63,963 nucleotides of DNA from Eledone cirrhosa (Eukaryota): positions 352,718,001 to 352,781,963 of the forward strand of contig OZ024741.1 of NCBI GenBank assembly GCA_964016885.1, in the 5' to 3' direction. Positions 14,170-27,762 of this stretch are shown piece after piece. The number at the start of each line of letters is the position of its first letter. Position 1 is the first letter of the stretch. The position numbers were made by a program, and so were the translations under genes. The notes below the pieces were generated by a model. The model was not told where the DNA came from, did no database searches, and was given only the letters and a program-made list of their open reading frames with translations.

Positions 14170-14500
14170 AAAGGCATACTGTAGTTTATTGAAGTGTTCT
14201 GATCTAAGCTAAGTGGTGATCTGTAATATTTTGATGTTGAAAATGTTCCTAACAGTAACTCCTTCTCCTCCCCACTTCTGTCCTTTTCTGGTAACAGTGT
14301 GGCCTTGCAGATGAGGAAGATATTAAGCAGCACAGGAACCAACGGAAACCCTTGCATGACTCTTGTTTTTGCACTAAATGACACAGATCTCTGCTTCCAA
14401 CAATAATTCAGGCCATCATCTTTGTGAGTAATTGGTAGAGGAGGAAGATTTGCAAAATTATTCAGGGAACCATGCCCATTGTTTGAGCAGACTCCCTTGT
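14170..14500 (-). mobile_element. Decayed LINE reverse transcriptase fragment
   Basis: TRVMQGFPLVPVLLNIFL matches the RT motif GVxQGxxLxPxLFNIF. Confidence 0.6.
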
Positions 14501-14544
14501 TTTGAATATAGTGGTGATATTAACATCCTTCTAATATTAAGGTA

Positions 14545-14597
14545 TATGAGGGTTGGCTGAAAAGTTCATAGGCTGACCAAGATACTTTCATGGAATG
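14545..14597. mobile_element. Isolated mariner-type terminal inverted repeat fragment
   Basis: TATGAGGGTTGGCTGAAAAGTTC resembles the TIR of the mariner at 23040-24306 (GGGGGTGCTGAAAAGTTCC). Confidence 0.5.
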
Positions 14598-15212
14598 GAA
14601 GTCTCTAGAAAGAAACAATGTAGTTATTAATAAGAAGAGTTGAAATTAATCATCATCATCATCATCTTTGTTTAACGTCCATCTTTCACGCTAGCATGGG
14701 TTAGAGTTGTCCCACTTGAGGCAAGGTTGGTTGGGTGACCGTGTCTCGCTCATATAGGACTATCTGGCAGGTTTATAACGGCTGGATACTTTTGGTTCCA
14801 CTCCTCCACATTGTAGTGAAGTGTTTGTGTATAGAGGAGATAACTAGTTTCCTCCTTCAAAATCTCTGCCAAATTGTTGGCTGCACATATACATGCATGC
14901 GCACGCACACACACATGCATGCAAAAAAAAAAAACTTCACTTACCATCCTCCCCATACATCTGCAGAATGGCTGGTTATATGTTTGTGTGTGTTTGTGTG
15001 TGTACATGCATGTGTAGAATATTAAAAGTTGAGTCTACAGGAGTTGCTACTCTGAGTTTTTTGTTATCAATACTCAAGGATCAGTAATGAAAAACTCATG
15101 TAGGCTTAGATTTTAATTTATATTATTCCACTTTATTTTTTTCACAGCTTTGCAGTTCATACCAACATAAACCCATAATCATCTACCTCCCCACCTCTCT
15201 TATTCATATATA

Positions 15213-15593
15213 ATTGTTTCTAATTTTGGCACAAGGCCAGCAATTACCCAGTACATTACTGGTACTTTATTTTATCAACCCCATAAGGATGAAAGGCAAA
15301 GTTAACCTCGACGGGATTTAAACTCAGACCGTAAAGAAACGTAACTATGCTAGAAAGCATAGCGTCCAACTCTCTACCGATACTGCCAATTCACATATAT
15401 AATGATACATATATAATTGTTTCTACTTTTGGCACAAGGCCAGCAATTAGCCCAGTGCATTACTGGTACTTTATTTTATCGACCCCGTAAGGATGAAAGG
15501 CAAAGTTAACCTCGGCGGGATTTGAACTCAGAATGGCAAGGGCCGTAACTCTATGCATCAAAGCATGGTGTCCGATCCTCTACCGATACTCCA
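15213..15593 (-). mobile_element. Two tandem SINE copies
   Basis: Two ~180-bp copies, reverse complement of those at 29215-29596 and 33113-33300. Confidence 0.9.
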
Positions 15594-15686
15594 CATATAT
15601 AGGTATATAAATAGCAAAGTTGCACATTCAAAAGAACAAAGTATGTGCATACACACATACATACACGCACACACACACACACGGAT

Positions 15687-15737
<51 letters not shown>

Positions 15738-18123
15738 TACCCACATACACACACACACACACACTACATACAGAAATATGCGCTTGTATTTGTATATTTG
15801 TCTGGTTGGATAGATAGATATCTCTGAGAGAAAGGCAGACAGTCAGGCGGTTGTGTTCTAAAATTAACCACATATTTTAAACTCACAATAATAGACACTT
15901 ACTCATCTGAGCAATGAAATGGAACTGATAAAATATATTGTATAACATTACTGCCTTTGTTATTGGTAGTGGTGTTGTTATGAGTGGTTTTGTTGATGTT
16001 ATTGTAGCTGGTGTGTTTTTGTGTATGGAAAAACAGGCATTAACCCTTTTGATACCAACCCACCTAACATTGCCCCTGGGTTTATGATATAAATTTCTTA
16101 TGTTAAAGTGTTTATATTTATCTAAAGATCTTCCTTCATCATTTTATGTAACAACCTTTGAATTTATGCTTTAAATGTCAGTTATTTAATGAAAAAGGTT
16201 AGTTATATTTCTAAATTTAGTGACAACTGATAGTTATCCTATAGTAGCAGTCTTCATATTTGCTATCACTGTTTCTGGCATCAGTTTAAGGAGTATGTGT
16301 ATGTTGGTTGTTAGCAGCAGTAATGTAAGTGTAAGGGCTGGTTATGCTGCACGTGCACATTGACCAGATGGAACTAAGGTGGTCTTTGCAGCATATCTGG
16401 AGCCAAGTCTTGAAATTCCTTTACAAAAAATGTCAATGGCAACAAGTTAAGTCAGTCTTCCTGTTAATAGATATCACAGGTGGCTACAATTTGTGCAGTT
16501 TCTCACCAAGGCAAGAATGACAGTTGCTAGGTCCAGAGGAGTAACTAGAAAGCTGTCAAGGATGTTCCATGTAATATTGGGGGAGTTATTTCCAAATACT
16601 GGAACTTACCATGAGCAATACTTAAAACAAAAAAAAAATAGAAAAAGAAAAAATAGACATTAAGAATTGTGACGAATCCCAGCTTTATGTGTTTAGATAT
16701 GTCACCATCATTGCCTTCAGATTTCGGACCACTCTCATGACAACACTTCTGGGTGAAAGTAGGATCTGATAAGGTATATATACACAGAGGCAAAACATTT
16801 AACTAATATGTACTAGTTCCCTTTTATATCTACACGTACAGTCTTTCATACAATGATTTCTCAATATAAATGAATTAAAAAGAAGCACTCAAGACTTTTG
16901 ATACTAGTCTGCCCAGAACTTCCATAGGTTCTATGAAACAAAACTGCCTGTTTTAAAGGATTTTTATTTAAAATAAAATCTTCCAATATAATTTTAAAGT
17001 TACTGTCTTAGTAATGAAATAATTTTAGTAAATCCATCAAAATTATTCATTATTTAATTGAAATAGAATATATTCCATTAGAAATATGGCCACAAAAGGG
17101 TTAAACAAGTGATATAATTCAGACTCTATTCAATTTATTGTTTAAAATGGAGGTATTTCAAGTCCTTTATATGTGTGCATAATCAAAATGAAATTAACCA
17201 ACATGGCATTTAACCCTTTAGCATTTAAACTGGCTGTATCCGGCCAGAATTCTCTCACCTCTTTGTGTTCAAACCAATTCTAATCGGCCACTCATACTGA
17301 TGTTAAGGTATTGTTCTCAAAATAAATGATTTCAAAATCTCAAAGATTTGATATTATGTGAGATAATTATGTGAGGTAAAGCCTTTACCGTGAAAATATG
17401 ATAGTAAATTTAGAGTAATGTAAATGTTTGAACTGATAACATAAATATGTGTACCCAGATATTAGAGGAATAAAACAACAAAAATAAACCAAAAGCTGGC
17501 CAGTATGGAGGGATGGAGCCACAAAGTTTACATTATTGGGATATTGGGTTAATGGAATCATTAGAGGGTTAAACAAATGCGGTATTTGTTCTGGCTCATT
17601 ATGTTTTGAGTTCAAATTCTTCTGAGGTAAACTTTGCCTTTCACTCTTCCAAGGTCAGTAAAAGAAAGTACCAGAGAAGTACTGTGATCTATCTTGTCAA
17701 CTTTCTGCTCTCACCCCCGGACACAAATTATTGGTTTTTTGCCTAAATTATGCATATCCCCCCCCCCCCACTCTCTCGCTCTCTCTCTCTCTCTTTTTGT
17801 ATATCTAGGTGAGTGTCTATTTGTATATATATATATATATATATATACAGATTTACATATATATGTATAAACAATCACTGAGAGAGAGGGGGGGGGGATG
17901 TGGATAGTGTGTTTTTAAATTATGTAAACACTTGAGAAATGTCCACTATAAAATGTAAGAATTAATTGTACCATATGCCATTCTCCACTCCAGTGTACCA
18001 TAAAATGTGTTGTTTAAGGATATTTTCTGTGTCTATTTCTCTAGGGAACTGGCAAACATTCCTCTCTAGCTATTCCCATGACTTTTGTCACCTGATTAAT
18101 TTCTTTCTGTTGATTATTAGTTA

Positions 18124-18266
18124 ACACACACACACACGTACACACACACACACACATACAATCTGTCTCTCACACACACACGCACATATACATACACATA
18201 CACTCACACACGCACATATACATACACACACACACACTCACACACACTCACTCACTCACACTCACT

Positions 18267-18352
<86 letters not shown>

Positions 18353-18392
18353 CTCTCTCATACACAAACACACATGCAAACACTCTCACACA
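18124..18392. repeat. Long imperfect (CA)n microsatellite; others at ~15650-15765 and 22925-23040
   Basis: Direct dinucleotide repetition. Confidence 0.95.
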
Positions 18393-20716
18393 CAAAAGCC
18401 AACACTAACATTCTTGACTGTCTTTTGAATATTAGGTTCAAAATTACTTAGTACATTGTCATTAACATTTTTACACACACACACACATCCACACACACCC
18501 ACTTACACCCAAGTACATTTTCTTTTTCATTTCATAGATATTCAAACTGATATATAATTCATACATATTTGTGTGTGTTTGTTTGTTTGCATATGTGTGT
18601 GTGTGTGTGTGTGTTTGTTAATCTCCTTCTTAATTAAATGCAATCAATATAGAACACAACGCATGAACATTCACACATACATACTCATATAGATATTCAA
18701 ACAGATATAATTCATATAAAACATATTTGTATGTGTGTGTGTGTGTGTGTGTGTTAATCTCCTTCATAAGTAAAAGCAATCAATATAAAACACAACACAC
18801 ACATACACACACAGATGAAGTCACTGCCACTTTTCTTTGAAAATATATGTCTACACACTACCCACCACTATTGCATGCTCATTCAGTTATTTGAATGTTT
18901 AAAATGCTACAGAAAATGCAGTGAGAGCAGACCTTGTCCTCCTTTTCTTAACTTGCTGAAAATAATGATTTAGAATTTAAGCAGAAGTCCAGCAAATTTT
19001 TTGTGGGTGGGTAATGTTGATTAAATGATCACTAGTATTTTACTGGTACTTTATTTTATCGACTCCATAATGATAAAAAGGAAAGTTAACCCCAGTTGTA
19101 TTTGAATTCCAGATGTAAAAGCCAGAACTACAATAGCAGGTATTTGTTCTGGCTTTTACATCCTGTGAAACATATTCCTTTAGCAATTTGGCTAAACTAG
19201 AATGATTAGATATACCTGTACTCTTAGGACTTGCATAATGGTCCCTCCCCACCCCCACTTATTAAATTTTGCTAATCCATCTCTGGTGAAATTTTATTTT
19301 AAGTGGTAGCATTCCTGTAACAATTAATTTTCTTTAGACATAAAAAAATTTATACATGACCCCCAAAATACATTACTAGAAATCCCATACATTATAAAAT
19401 AAATAGAATGGGGTGGGGTCTCAATATGTAAACTAAACAACTCGATTTAAAATTTTTTTTTTTTTTTTTAATTAAATAAATGGAGACAGCCTAGAAAAAT
19501 TACTTATTTTGCCCCTCCCGCTTATTCCAACTCCCTCACTTATTCCCTCTTCTTATTCCAACCCTCTCCCTATTATTTGGGACCTGGGAGTACAGTAAAT
19601 GAAAAGGAATTATACATTAATTGTATGAACTCTATTTATGCATACTATTTGTATGTATGTATACATTTTATGCAAAGCTTTCCTCCCAGGTATACTTGCT
19701 TCTACCCTTTGTGGACACATATAAACAGTGCTTAATTCCTTTCAACTTGCTATGTGAATATGTTTCTCTAAAGAGATCTAACATGATTGAAACATCTCTG
19801 TTGCTTTCACCAAGCTGGTCAAATGACAAAGTCCACTCCCACTGCATTGTCTTAAATTGTTCCAGCTCAAACTACAAAGAAATTTGGTCCTGAAACTGCA
19901 ATCATAGTCTCAAGTAATTGAAGTCTCTTTTCTACTCATTTTCTTTAGAATGTGAAATACTTCTTGTGTGTATACACTTCATGCAGAGCACTATCTCTAG
20001 GCATTGTCACCTCCACTCTTTGTTGACACACACACACCCATGCACACACTCATTTGTGTATATGGGTCTGTGCATTAGTATGTATTACATGCACATTCTT
20101 GTGCTATGAAGATATATGCTTTTTATCACAATCTTAAAGTATTTACACACACACACACACACACACACACCTATACAACAAATAGATAGACACACCTTTA
20201 AAAAAAAAACTAAAAAAACTAGCTCAATAAACAACATACAGCTTGAAGGATAAGTGAAACCTGATAAACTTCCACTTATGACAGGAATCTTATCAGGGAA
20301 CATTCTATTGTCTCGCATGCATTGTTGTCGCTCATATTGTTATTAACGTTGTGTCTTCTCATATTTTAGTAGTCGTAGGCAGAAATTATATGGCTGAGTG
20401 GATATGGTATTTGACTCAGCTCATAGGTTTTCATTTCAAATTAAGGTATTGCATTAAATTAAATGTATGTGATTCTATGCATCCCATGTTCATTCCCTTA
20501 CCAATCGGAGGAAATAGGTTCCTATTTATCTGCAGGGGTAAGTTTTCTCTCCCATATCCCAGGGAGATATATTTATGTTTAGATATGGTAATACCAAGGT
20601 TCCCTTTTACATGTTCCTGTTATTATTTTATGGTTTCACTCTCATTTACTGACCATTGTCCTTTAAGAGCAAGTTTCTTTGGGGATGAGGTTTTAAGAGA
20701 TATATTTGTTTTTGTA

Positions 20717-20936
20717 TTAACCCTTTATTTAAACCAGCCATATCTGGCCAGAATTCTCTTAACTCTTTCTGTTCAAACCGGCCATAACCAGCTGCTCATA
20801 CTAATGTTAAGGTATTGTTCTCAAAATAAATAGTATCAATATCTCATAGATTTGATATTATGAGTGATAATTATGTGAGATAAAGTGTTTACTGTGAAAA
20901 TGTAATAGTAAATATAGAGTAATGGTAAATGGTTAA
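20717..20936. mobile_element. piggyBac-like MITE (same family as ~17210-17430 and 13724-13952)
   Basis: TTAACCCTTT...AAATGGTTAA termini; shared internal GGCCAGAATTCTC...CTCATACT(A/G)ATGTTAAGGTATTGTTCTCAAAATAAAT. Confidence 0.65.
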
Positions 20937-21879
20937 GGTGTTGTAATACCAATGTTTTCCTTTACATGACAGTATTCTTAACAGCAGAATGTCCATCCAA
21001 TTACTTGGTATATAGAGCATTAGGTACCATATTTACCTGCATTGTGAATGTCCTGAGCTTGAAGATGTGGCTCCAATTTTGACTTGAAAATTTTGAAAAA
21101 TTTATAAGCATAAATACAAGATCTCAATACTTTCATGTACTTTACTGAGATGCTTTGTTAATGACTTAGTTACACATAGATCCTGTTGTTCACTTAAAGC
21201 CTGCATTTTATACTTTACTTTTATAGTACAGACACACAATACGTTAGCAGCTAATATGGTTGAAAAGAAAGTATCTCAAGGGAGTGGTTTGCATATTAAA
21301 TACATAAAAGAGATATTCTTACATAATATAGTGAGGTTAAATACTTCTATTAATTGTGATTATCCATATAATTGAGAGATAATGAATTTTCATGATTATG
21401 TATGATACATTTTCTTTACTTTTTTATGTTTTAGTGTTACCTTTTGTATATTTACTTTGTACATTTACTATTGCAACTGAACATTATACACTTCATTCAT
21501 AGGTTACATGCATGAGTTCAAACTGCATAGAACCAGAAGTGGTTTTTGCAGGGTTAGTATCAAAAGGATTAATCTGTAAAATAAATACCAGGGATGTACT
21601 AGCTCAATTCAGTTTAGTTATGCTCCTCCACTAACAGATTTATGGATTTATTGTAGTCATAAGATGTCATTATTTGTTACTAGTAGGTTGGTGGCGTTAT
21701 GGCCCTGTACATTCTGAGTTCAAATCCCGTCGAGGTTAGCTTTGCCTTTCATTCTTACGAGGTCAAAAGTGCCAGTAACGCACAATTTGTTTAACTTTCC
21801 CCCTCCCTAAAATTGCTGGCCTTGTGCCTATCGTAGAAATCATTATTTGTTGCTAAGTGATTGTGAACTCAAGTGTGAT

Positions 21880-22720
21880 GCAAGGAGATGCCACAAAATG
21901 TAAAAAAAAGCTATTCTCAAATATAATTACATACAAAGTCTTCCTTTCTTGTCAGCTGGCAGGCTAACAGGAAATGAAAACTTTGTATATAATAGATGTT
22001 CAGGGAAAATTGACAGTAAGAGTGTTGGTGATATACAGCTTTTTCAATCTTGAGCAGGATCCATAGAAGTGGTTGATAGCTTCTGCTATCTTGGTGACCG
22101 AATTAGCTGTGGAGGTAGGGGCTCCAGGAGCATAGTAGCTAGAATAAGAGGAGGATGGAAGAAGTTTAGAGAGCTACTATTCCTGTTGACAACAAAAGGT
22201 TTCTCCTTATAAATGAAAGGTCAGCTGTATGAGACCTGTGTATGATGTGCAATACTGCATGGTAGTAATATATGGGTAGTGACTGCAGAGGATATGTGGA
22301 GGCTGGAAAGAAATGAAGTGAGCATGATTCGATAAATGTACAATGTTAATGTACATGAACAACAAAGTATAGATGAACTGAGAGAAAAACTGAGTATAAG
22401 AGGAATCGGATGTGTGCAGGAGAGAAGATTGTGCTAGGATGGATGATGATCACTGGGTAAAGAAATGCCAATAAATCCCAGCTGAAGGAAGCTGCAGTAG
22501 AGGAAAACCTGGATGGAAGTAGGAAGTAGTGAGAGCTGATCTCAAATTGCTGAAGCTCACTGTAGAGATAACAAAAAATCACAATGAATGGAGGTATGGA
22601 AAAGCAGACCTGAAATGATATTGATGATGGTAATGAATTACAAACAATTCCAGCCCATGCTATCATGGCTGAAATGAATACGAATGAAATAAATGATGAA
22701 AATAGCAAATGATGATGATA
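21880..22720 (+). mobile_element. Old, decayed RTE LINE 3' fragment
   Basis: Homologous to the RTE C-terminal coding region (VDSFCYLGD, GWKKFRELL, MKGQLYE) with stops; ends in (GAT)n. Confidence 0.8.
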
Positions 22721-22754
22721 ATGTTGATTCTATTCTTTTTTCTTTTCTTTGCAG

Positions 22755-22797
22755 AACAACTCATTTAAAAGAGGAAAATGATCGAAGACTGAGAAAT
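22755..22797 (+). CDS. LMO7: Exon of LMO7/LIMCH1-family gene (CH-domain C-terminal part: TTHLKEENDRRLRN)
   Basis: Polypyrimidine + GCAG acceptor, GTAAGT donor; 43 nt, splices in frame to 27763; resembles LMO7 VTVKQEETDRRVKN. Confidence 0.8.
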
Positions 22798-22945
22798 GTA
22801 AGTGATGCCATCTTGATTTTATGTCAAAGTGATTGATGAACATCTTGGTGTCATTCTGTTTTATATAAATTTGTTAGTGCTAGCATGGAAAGTAGATGTT
22901 AAACGATAACGATGATGATGATCGCACACACACGCACGCACACGC

Positions 22946-23039
<94 letters not shown>

Positions 23040-23043
<4 letters not shown>

Positions 23044-24306
23044 GAAAGTTCGTGGCTTTGGGTAAAAGAAAATACCGGAGAATCATTTAGTTACAATTTT
23101 ATTCAGCATATTCCTCTCTCAGATTCACTTACTTAAAGCAGTGGTCTTTCAGTTTTTTTATGCTCTGTAAAAAGGATGGGCCTCCAACCAGGCTTCTGTA
23201 GCAGCGATCACTTCCTAATTGGAGTGAAATTTCAGTCATGAGATGTTTCTTCTGTTGTGCAAAGAGGTGATAGTCAGATGGGGCCAAGTCAGGAGAGTAA
23301 GGTTGGTGGTCTACCAATTCGACACCAAAGTTGCTTATTCTCCTTAGAGTTTCATGTGCTGAGTGTGCTGGTACAGTGTCCTGCACAATCAGAATACCAT
23401 GGCTCGGCTTTCCACTACGTTTCTGCTTCAAAGCTTCACACAGTTAGTCCAACAGATACATGTAGTATCCTGCATTGCTGGTGCGACCCTTTGGCAGATA
23501 GTTTTAAGGAGTACTCCAACTTTTCCCCAGAACACTGAAGCCAGAATCTTTCCAACAGACTTCTGGGTCAGAAACTTCTTGGGATGCAGTGAACTTTTGT
23601 GCTGCCACTCCATTGATTACTGCTTCGTCTGGGGATCATAATGATGAAGCCAAGTTTCATCCATGTGGACTAAACGAGCCATAATTAGCCATAAACGAGA
23701 TCAGCCACTACAAACCAGTCCCAAATCATTTTTGATGTTGTCACTCTGATGTGCCTCTGATCTGCGTTTAGGTATTTCGGCATCCATTTTGTGGAAAGCT
23801 TTCTCATATCCAGAATGCTATGGATGATGTGGTCAACTCTTTCGTGGGAAATCCCCAGAGTCTCAGCTATGACTTTAGCTGAAATCTGGCAGTCCTCGAG
23901 AATCAAGATGTGCATTGCATCAGCTTTGTCCTTTGTGGTCGTGGAAGCTGACCGTTCCTCACTGGGGTTCATCTGTGACCTCAAAATGATCAGTCCGAAA
24001 CATTGACACCCAGATTTTCACTGAGGTGTAAGATGGGCAGCCATACTTCAAGACTTCCTTCATCTTGCCATAGATTTCCACGGCTCCTTTGCCTTGCAAG
24101 ACGAGCAACTTCATGACCTTTAATTTTCCCATAATCTACCGTCAGAACTGCCATCATGCGTTAAATCTGCACAACAGAGAAAGATATATTGTCTATCATC
24201 CTGATATTTTGCATATCTTCTCCTAAATAGTTGTACTACCTTCCCTGTAAAGGTAACAGCTCTTTTACAATACTCTTAAAGCCAGGAACTTTTCAGCACC
24301 CCCTTG
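23040..24306 (-). mobile_element. Decayed mariner (Tc1/mariner) transposon, transposase pseudogene
   Basis: Frameshifted fragments KWMPKYL (WVPxxL), EWQHKSSLHPKK..KILASVFW, HQPYSPDLAPSDYHLF; imperfect TIRs CTGGAAAGTTCGTGGCTTT / AAAGCCAGGAACTTTTCAG. Confidence 0.92.
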
Positions 24307-24317
24307 TGTGTGTGTAT

Positions 24318-24640
24318 GTATGGTCCCATAACTCCTGATGGAGTTATAGGGGTGCCATATTGACATACAGTGTTTCTAGGGTATTTTTAAAGCCTGGCGA
24401 AGGCCATCCCTCTCCTGGCCTGACACCAGAAGATTTCTTCCAGAGAAAGATAGGAAGTGAAAGAATGGATATGAGAAAGAGATATAGAGGAAGATATAGA
24501 CAGACTGGCCCTTTTTTATCAACTTTGAATGGACGAAAGGCAAAGTTGGCCTTGGCGTGATTTGAACTCAGAGAGTTCAGGGAACTGAAAGGAATACTGT
24601 AAAGCATTCTGACGTTCTAGCAACTCTGCCAATTTGCTGC
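24318..24640 (-). mobile_element. SINE with alternative 3' tail ending GGACCA(TACA)n
   Basis: Same head and core as the other SINEs, but a ~170-bp tail shared only with 35050-35380. Confidence 0.75.
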
Positions 24641-24671
24641 CTCTCTCTCTCTCTCTCTCTCTCGATATATA

Positions 24672-25612
24672 TATCATCATCATTTTACATCCATTGTTCC
24701 ATGTATGCATGGGTTGGATAGGTCCTTCTTCGTACAGCATCTCTCTACTTGTTGCGTTCCTTTATCTCCTCATTGAGCTTTAGCAATCTGAGATCAACTT
24801 CCATCCAGGTCTTCTTTAGTTTTCCTTTACTGCAGCTTCCTTTCACTGGGATTATTTGACATTTATTCATCCATGTACATCACATGTCCTTACCAACACA
24901 ATCGCCTCTTCTGCACATTACTTCTAATTCTTCTTATGCCTAGTTTCTCTCTGTTTCTCCTTGCTTTGTTGTTCTCATACATTAGCATTGCACATCCATT
25001 GAAGCATGCTTGCCTCATTTCTCTCTAGCTTCCACATGTCCTTTAACTGCCCATGTCTCACTCCCATGTAGTATGGCACTTCACACACGGGCATCATACA
25101 GCTAAACTTTCATTCATAAGGAGACACGTTTTGTTGTTAGCAGGAGTATCAGTTCCTAAACTTCCATCCTGTCTTATTGTAGCTACTGTGCTCTCCATGC
25201 ACTCACCTTCACTGCTAATTAAGTTACCTAGGTAGCAGAAAAGGTTTATATTATATATTTTATTATTAGCATTCTTACTATCAATTAACCCTGAACATCT
25301 ACTACATACATAGTCTTCTTTTCCTGTTAGTCTGCCTGTTATCCCACCTCACCTCTTGTGTACCAAAGATTTGCAGTGTGTCCACTGTATAGAGTTTATG
25401 CCTATTCCTTTTCTACATATTGAGTAAGGCCACTTCCCTGATGAGATTGGTGTCCTATCTTCATTCCTATTTATTAACATTTTGCTATTTCTTCTAAATT
25501 TACCCCATGTCTCTTTGATTCTAAGTTCTGTTTCTACAGCTGGAATTTATTCTCTAGTTCTTCTGAAGATTTAGCGATGAGGATAAGATCATCACCATAC
25601 AGCAGTTCCAGG
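24672..25612 (-). mobile_element. Old, decayed RTE LINE fragment (RT YADD region to 3' tail)
   Basis: ELLYGDDLILI and PHD-like residues recognisable on the minus strand; (ATC)n tail at 24673. Confidence 0.8.
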
Positions 25613-26404
25613 GGTAGCAAGTGAGAAGAATATACACTCTTCACAAGGAGCAATATACCCCGAAACAATTGTCAATTGTTGATGTTTTCTCTCAGCTACC
25701 GATGGAACAAAAAGATGATGTCATCTAGCACATGGTGTTTTTATGAGACTGTTTACTTGTAAACAAACCGAATATTAATAATATTATGATAATGTTATAA
25801 TATTATCATTATTCACTCACGAATACATTTGGAGATATATTTCTTTCAAATATAAACTATACTATAACTTTTCACTAGTGCCATCTCTCGAATGTAACAG
25901 ATTTTTATTTAACATACACATCAAAGGAAATGTGCATTGTGAAAAACTTGGAAACAGTTTAACATCGGACAAGTATTAAACTTGTATTAGACTTCTAGAG
26001 CAAGAGAAGGGAGAGAGAAGGGAGAGAGAGCAACAGAGAGGGTGGAAGAGAGTGAGTGAAATAAAACAAAACAAGATTGAAACAAAAAGTATAATAATAT
26101 AATTACCTTAGTCGCTGCACATGTATTTATGTAAGCGTGTGCATGCATGTATGCATTTATGTATAGGGGATATTTATGTATTAAAAAGTTCAAATAGTAA
26201 AACTTAGTGGGAATGTTTTCAAGGCAATAAAACTGCTGACAATATAGCAAATATAGAAAAACTGTTCATTGTGAAATAATAACTCCAGATATTTTAGCAT
26301 CTTATTTACATAGAATTTGAAGTTGGTGAAAATTGTCAAAATATTGATCCCCGAATATAATCTGACCTCCCCCACCTCCGTAGCTGTTTAGAAGATGATA
26401 TACA

Positions 26405-26446
26405 TACTTTCTGATGAAGACCCAAATATGTCTGAAGATCAAAGTA
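26405..26446 (+). ncRNA. Degenerate minimal type I hammerhead ribozyme
   Basis: TACTTT-CTGATGA-AGAC ccaaatat GTCT-GAA-GATC-AAAGTA: 6-bp stem I, 4-bp stem II, core lacks one A of GAAA. Confidence 0.5.
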
Positions 26447-26527
26447 ATTATTGTTTTTCAATTTACAAGGAAACGTGCATATTTGGCATGATTACTTGTT
26501 TATAAACTAAAAATGTGTAAATATATA

Positions 26528-26968
26528 CAGTAGAACATCACGAGTGCCCCATTGTACGAGTAATTTACTGTATGAGCGGAGGCTCGTGCAAATTTTTGTC
26601 TTGTAGTGCTAGTGGAAATCTGCAGTACAAGTGACCGCTAGTTGGCGCTGAGCTCGCACACGCTCTCCCAATAAGCGCAGCTTCCGTTCGCTCAGTTCAC
26701 GTGTTTATCACATTGTGGCAGCATCCCTATTGTGTTTTCCCAGTGTTTTTTTTTTAGTTTTGTGTGTTTTTTGCTATTATTTTATTATAACTGCACCTTT
26801 TCTGTTTTAAAATCCATAAAAAATGATTTTTGGGTGGGTTTAGAGGGCTGGAACGGATTATTTATATTTTAATTAATTTCAATAGGGAAAATTGATTTGT
26901 AAAACGAGTAAATCGTAAAACGAGTTCGGTCATGGGATAGATTAAACTCGTACTTTGAGGTATCACTG
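26528..26968. mobile_element. Tigger/pogo-like MITE
   Basis: TA|CAGT...ACTG|TA ends, imperfect TIRs and internal (A/T)ACGAGT repeats. Confidence 0.7.
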
Positions 26969-27762
26969 TATACATATTTATTCAGTGTTTATTACCTCTG
27001 TACTGTATATTTGCTGGCACAGCTTTGTTGTATTCTTCAGTTGCTTAGAACATCAGTTATATATAATATCTTTCAACATAGGTCTACTCGATTAAGACTG
27101 ACCTTGGTCTACTCAATATTACCAAGTCCTCAGAATCTCAGATTGGCTGATTCATTAGAGTGCTGGAGAAAATGTTTTGCAATATTTAGTTATAGCTTTT
27201 TATGTTCTGAGTTCAAATCCCACCAATATCAACTTTAAATTTTATCCTGTGTTGGTGTTGTTAATCATCATCATCATCATTTAACGTCCATTTTTCCATG
27301 CTAGCATGGATTTCATTCAATTCTATGATTCCATAAACCTGTTTCAAATAACAATACAACAACAAGTATTTTAAGGCCATTTTCCTTGATAAAGTAGGGA
27401 AGCAGGGGTTAGTCTTGCAGAGACCTCATGACAAGCTTCTCCACTTTTTCCTATTGTCTGCATCCCGATCTTTCATTTCTTCCTCTCTAATTTTTAGTCA
27501 TGTCTTTCTTGGTCTTCCCCTTCCTCTACTTCCTTCCAGATTCATTTCCATCACCTCTTTCACACAATCACTTTAATTTTTTTTCCTCAACACACAACCC
27601 AACTATCTCATTCTATTTTCTTTTCACAACATTCATCTCTATTCCCATCATCCTCTGCAATTTGTCTGTCTCCTTCTCTCTCAGTGATTCTTCACTATAT
27701 AACAAGAACAACAACAATGACCATATTTTTTTTTTTTTTTTTTTCTTAATCTTTCCTGACAG

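Noticed and set aside
19216-19594. Possible MITE (CTGTACTC...GAGTACAG ends, internal CTTATTCC repeats)
   Set aside because: Short imperfect TIR and only one copy in the window; cannot classify
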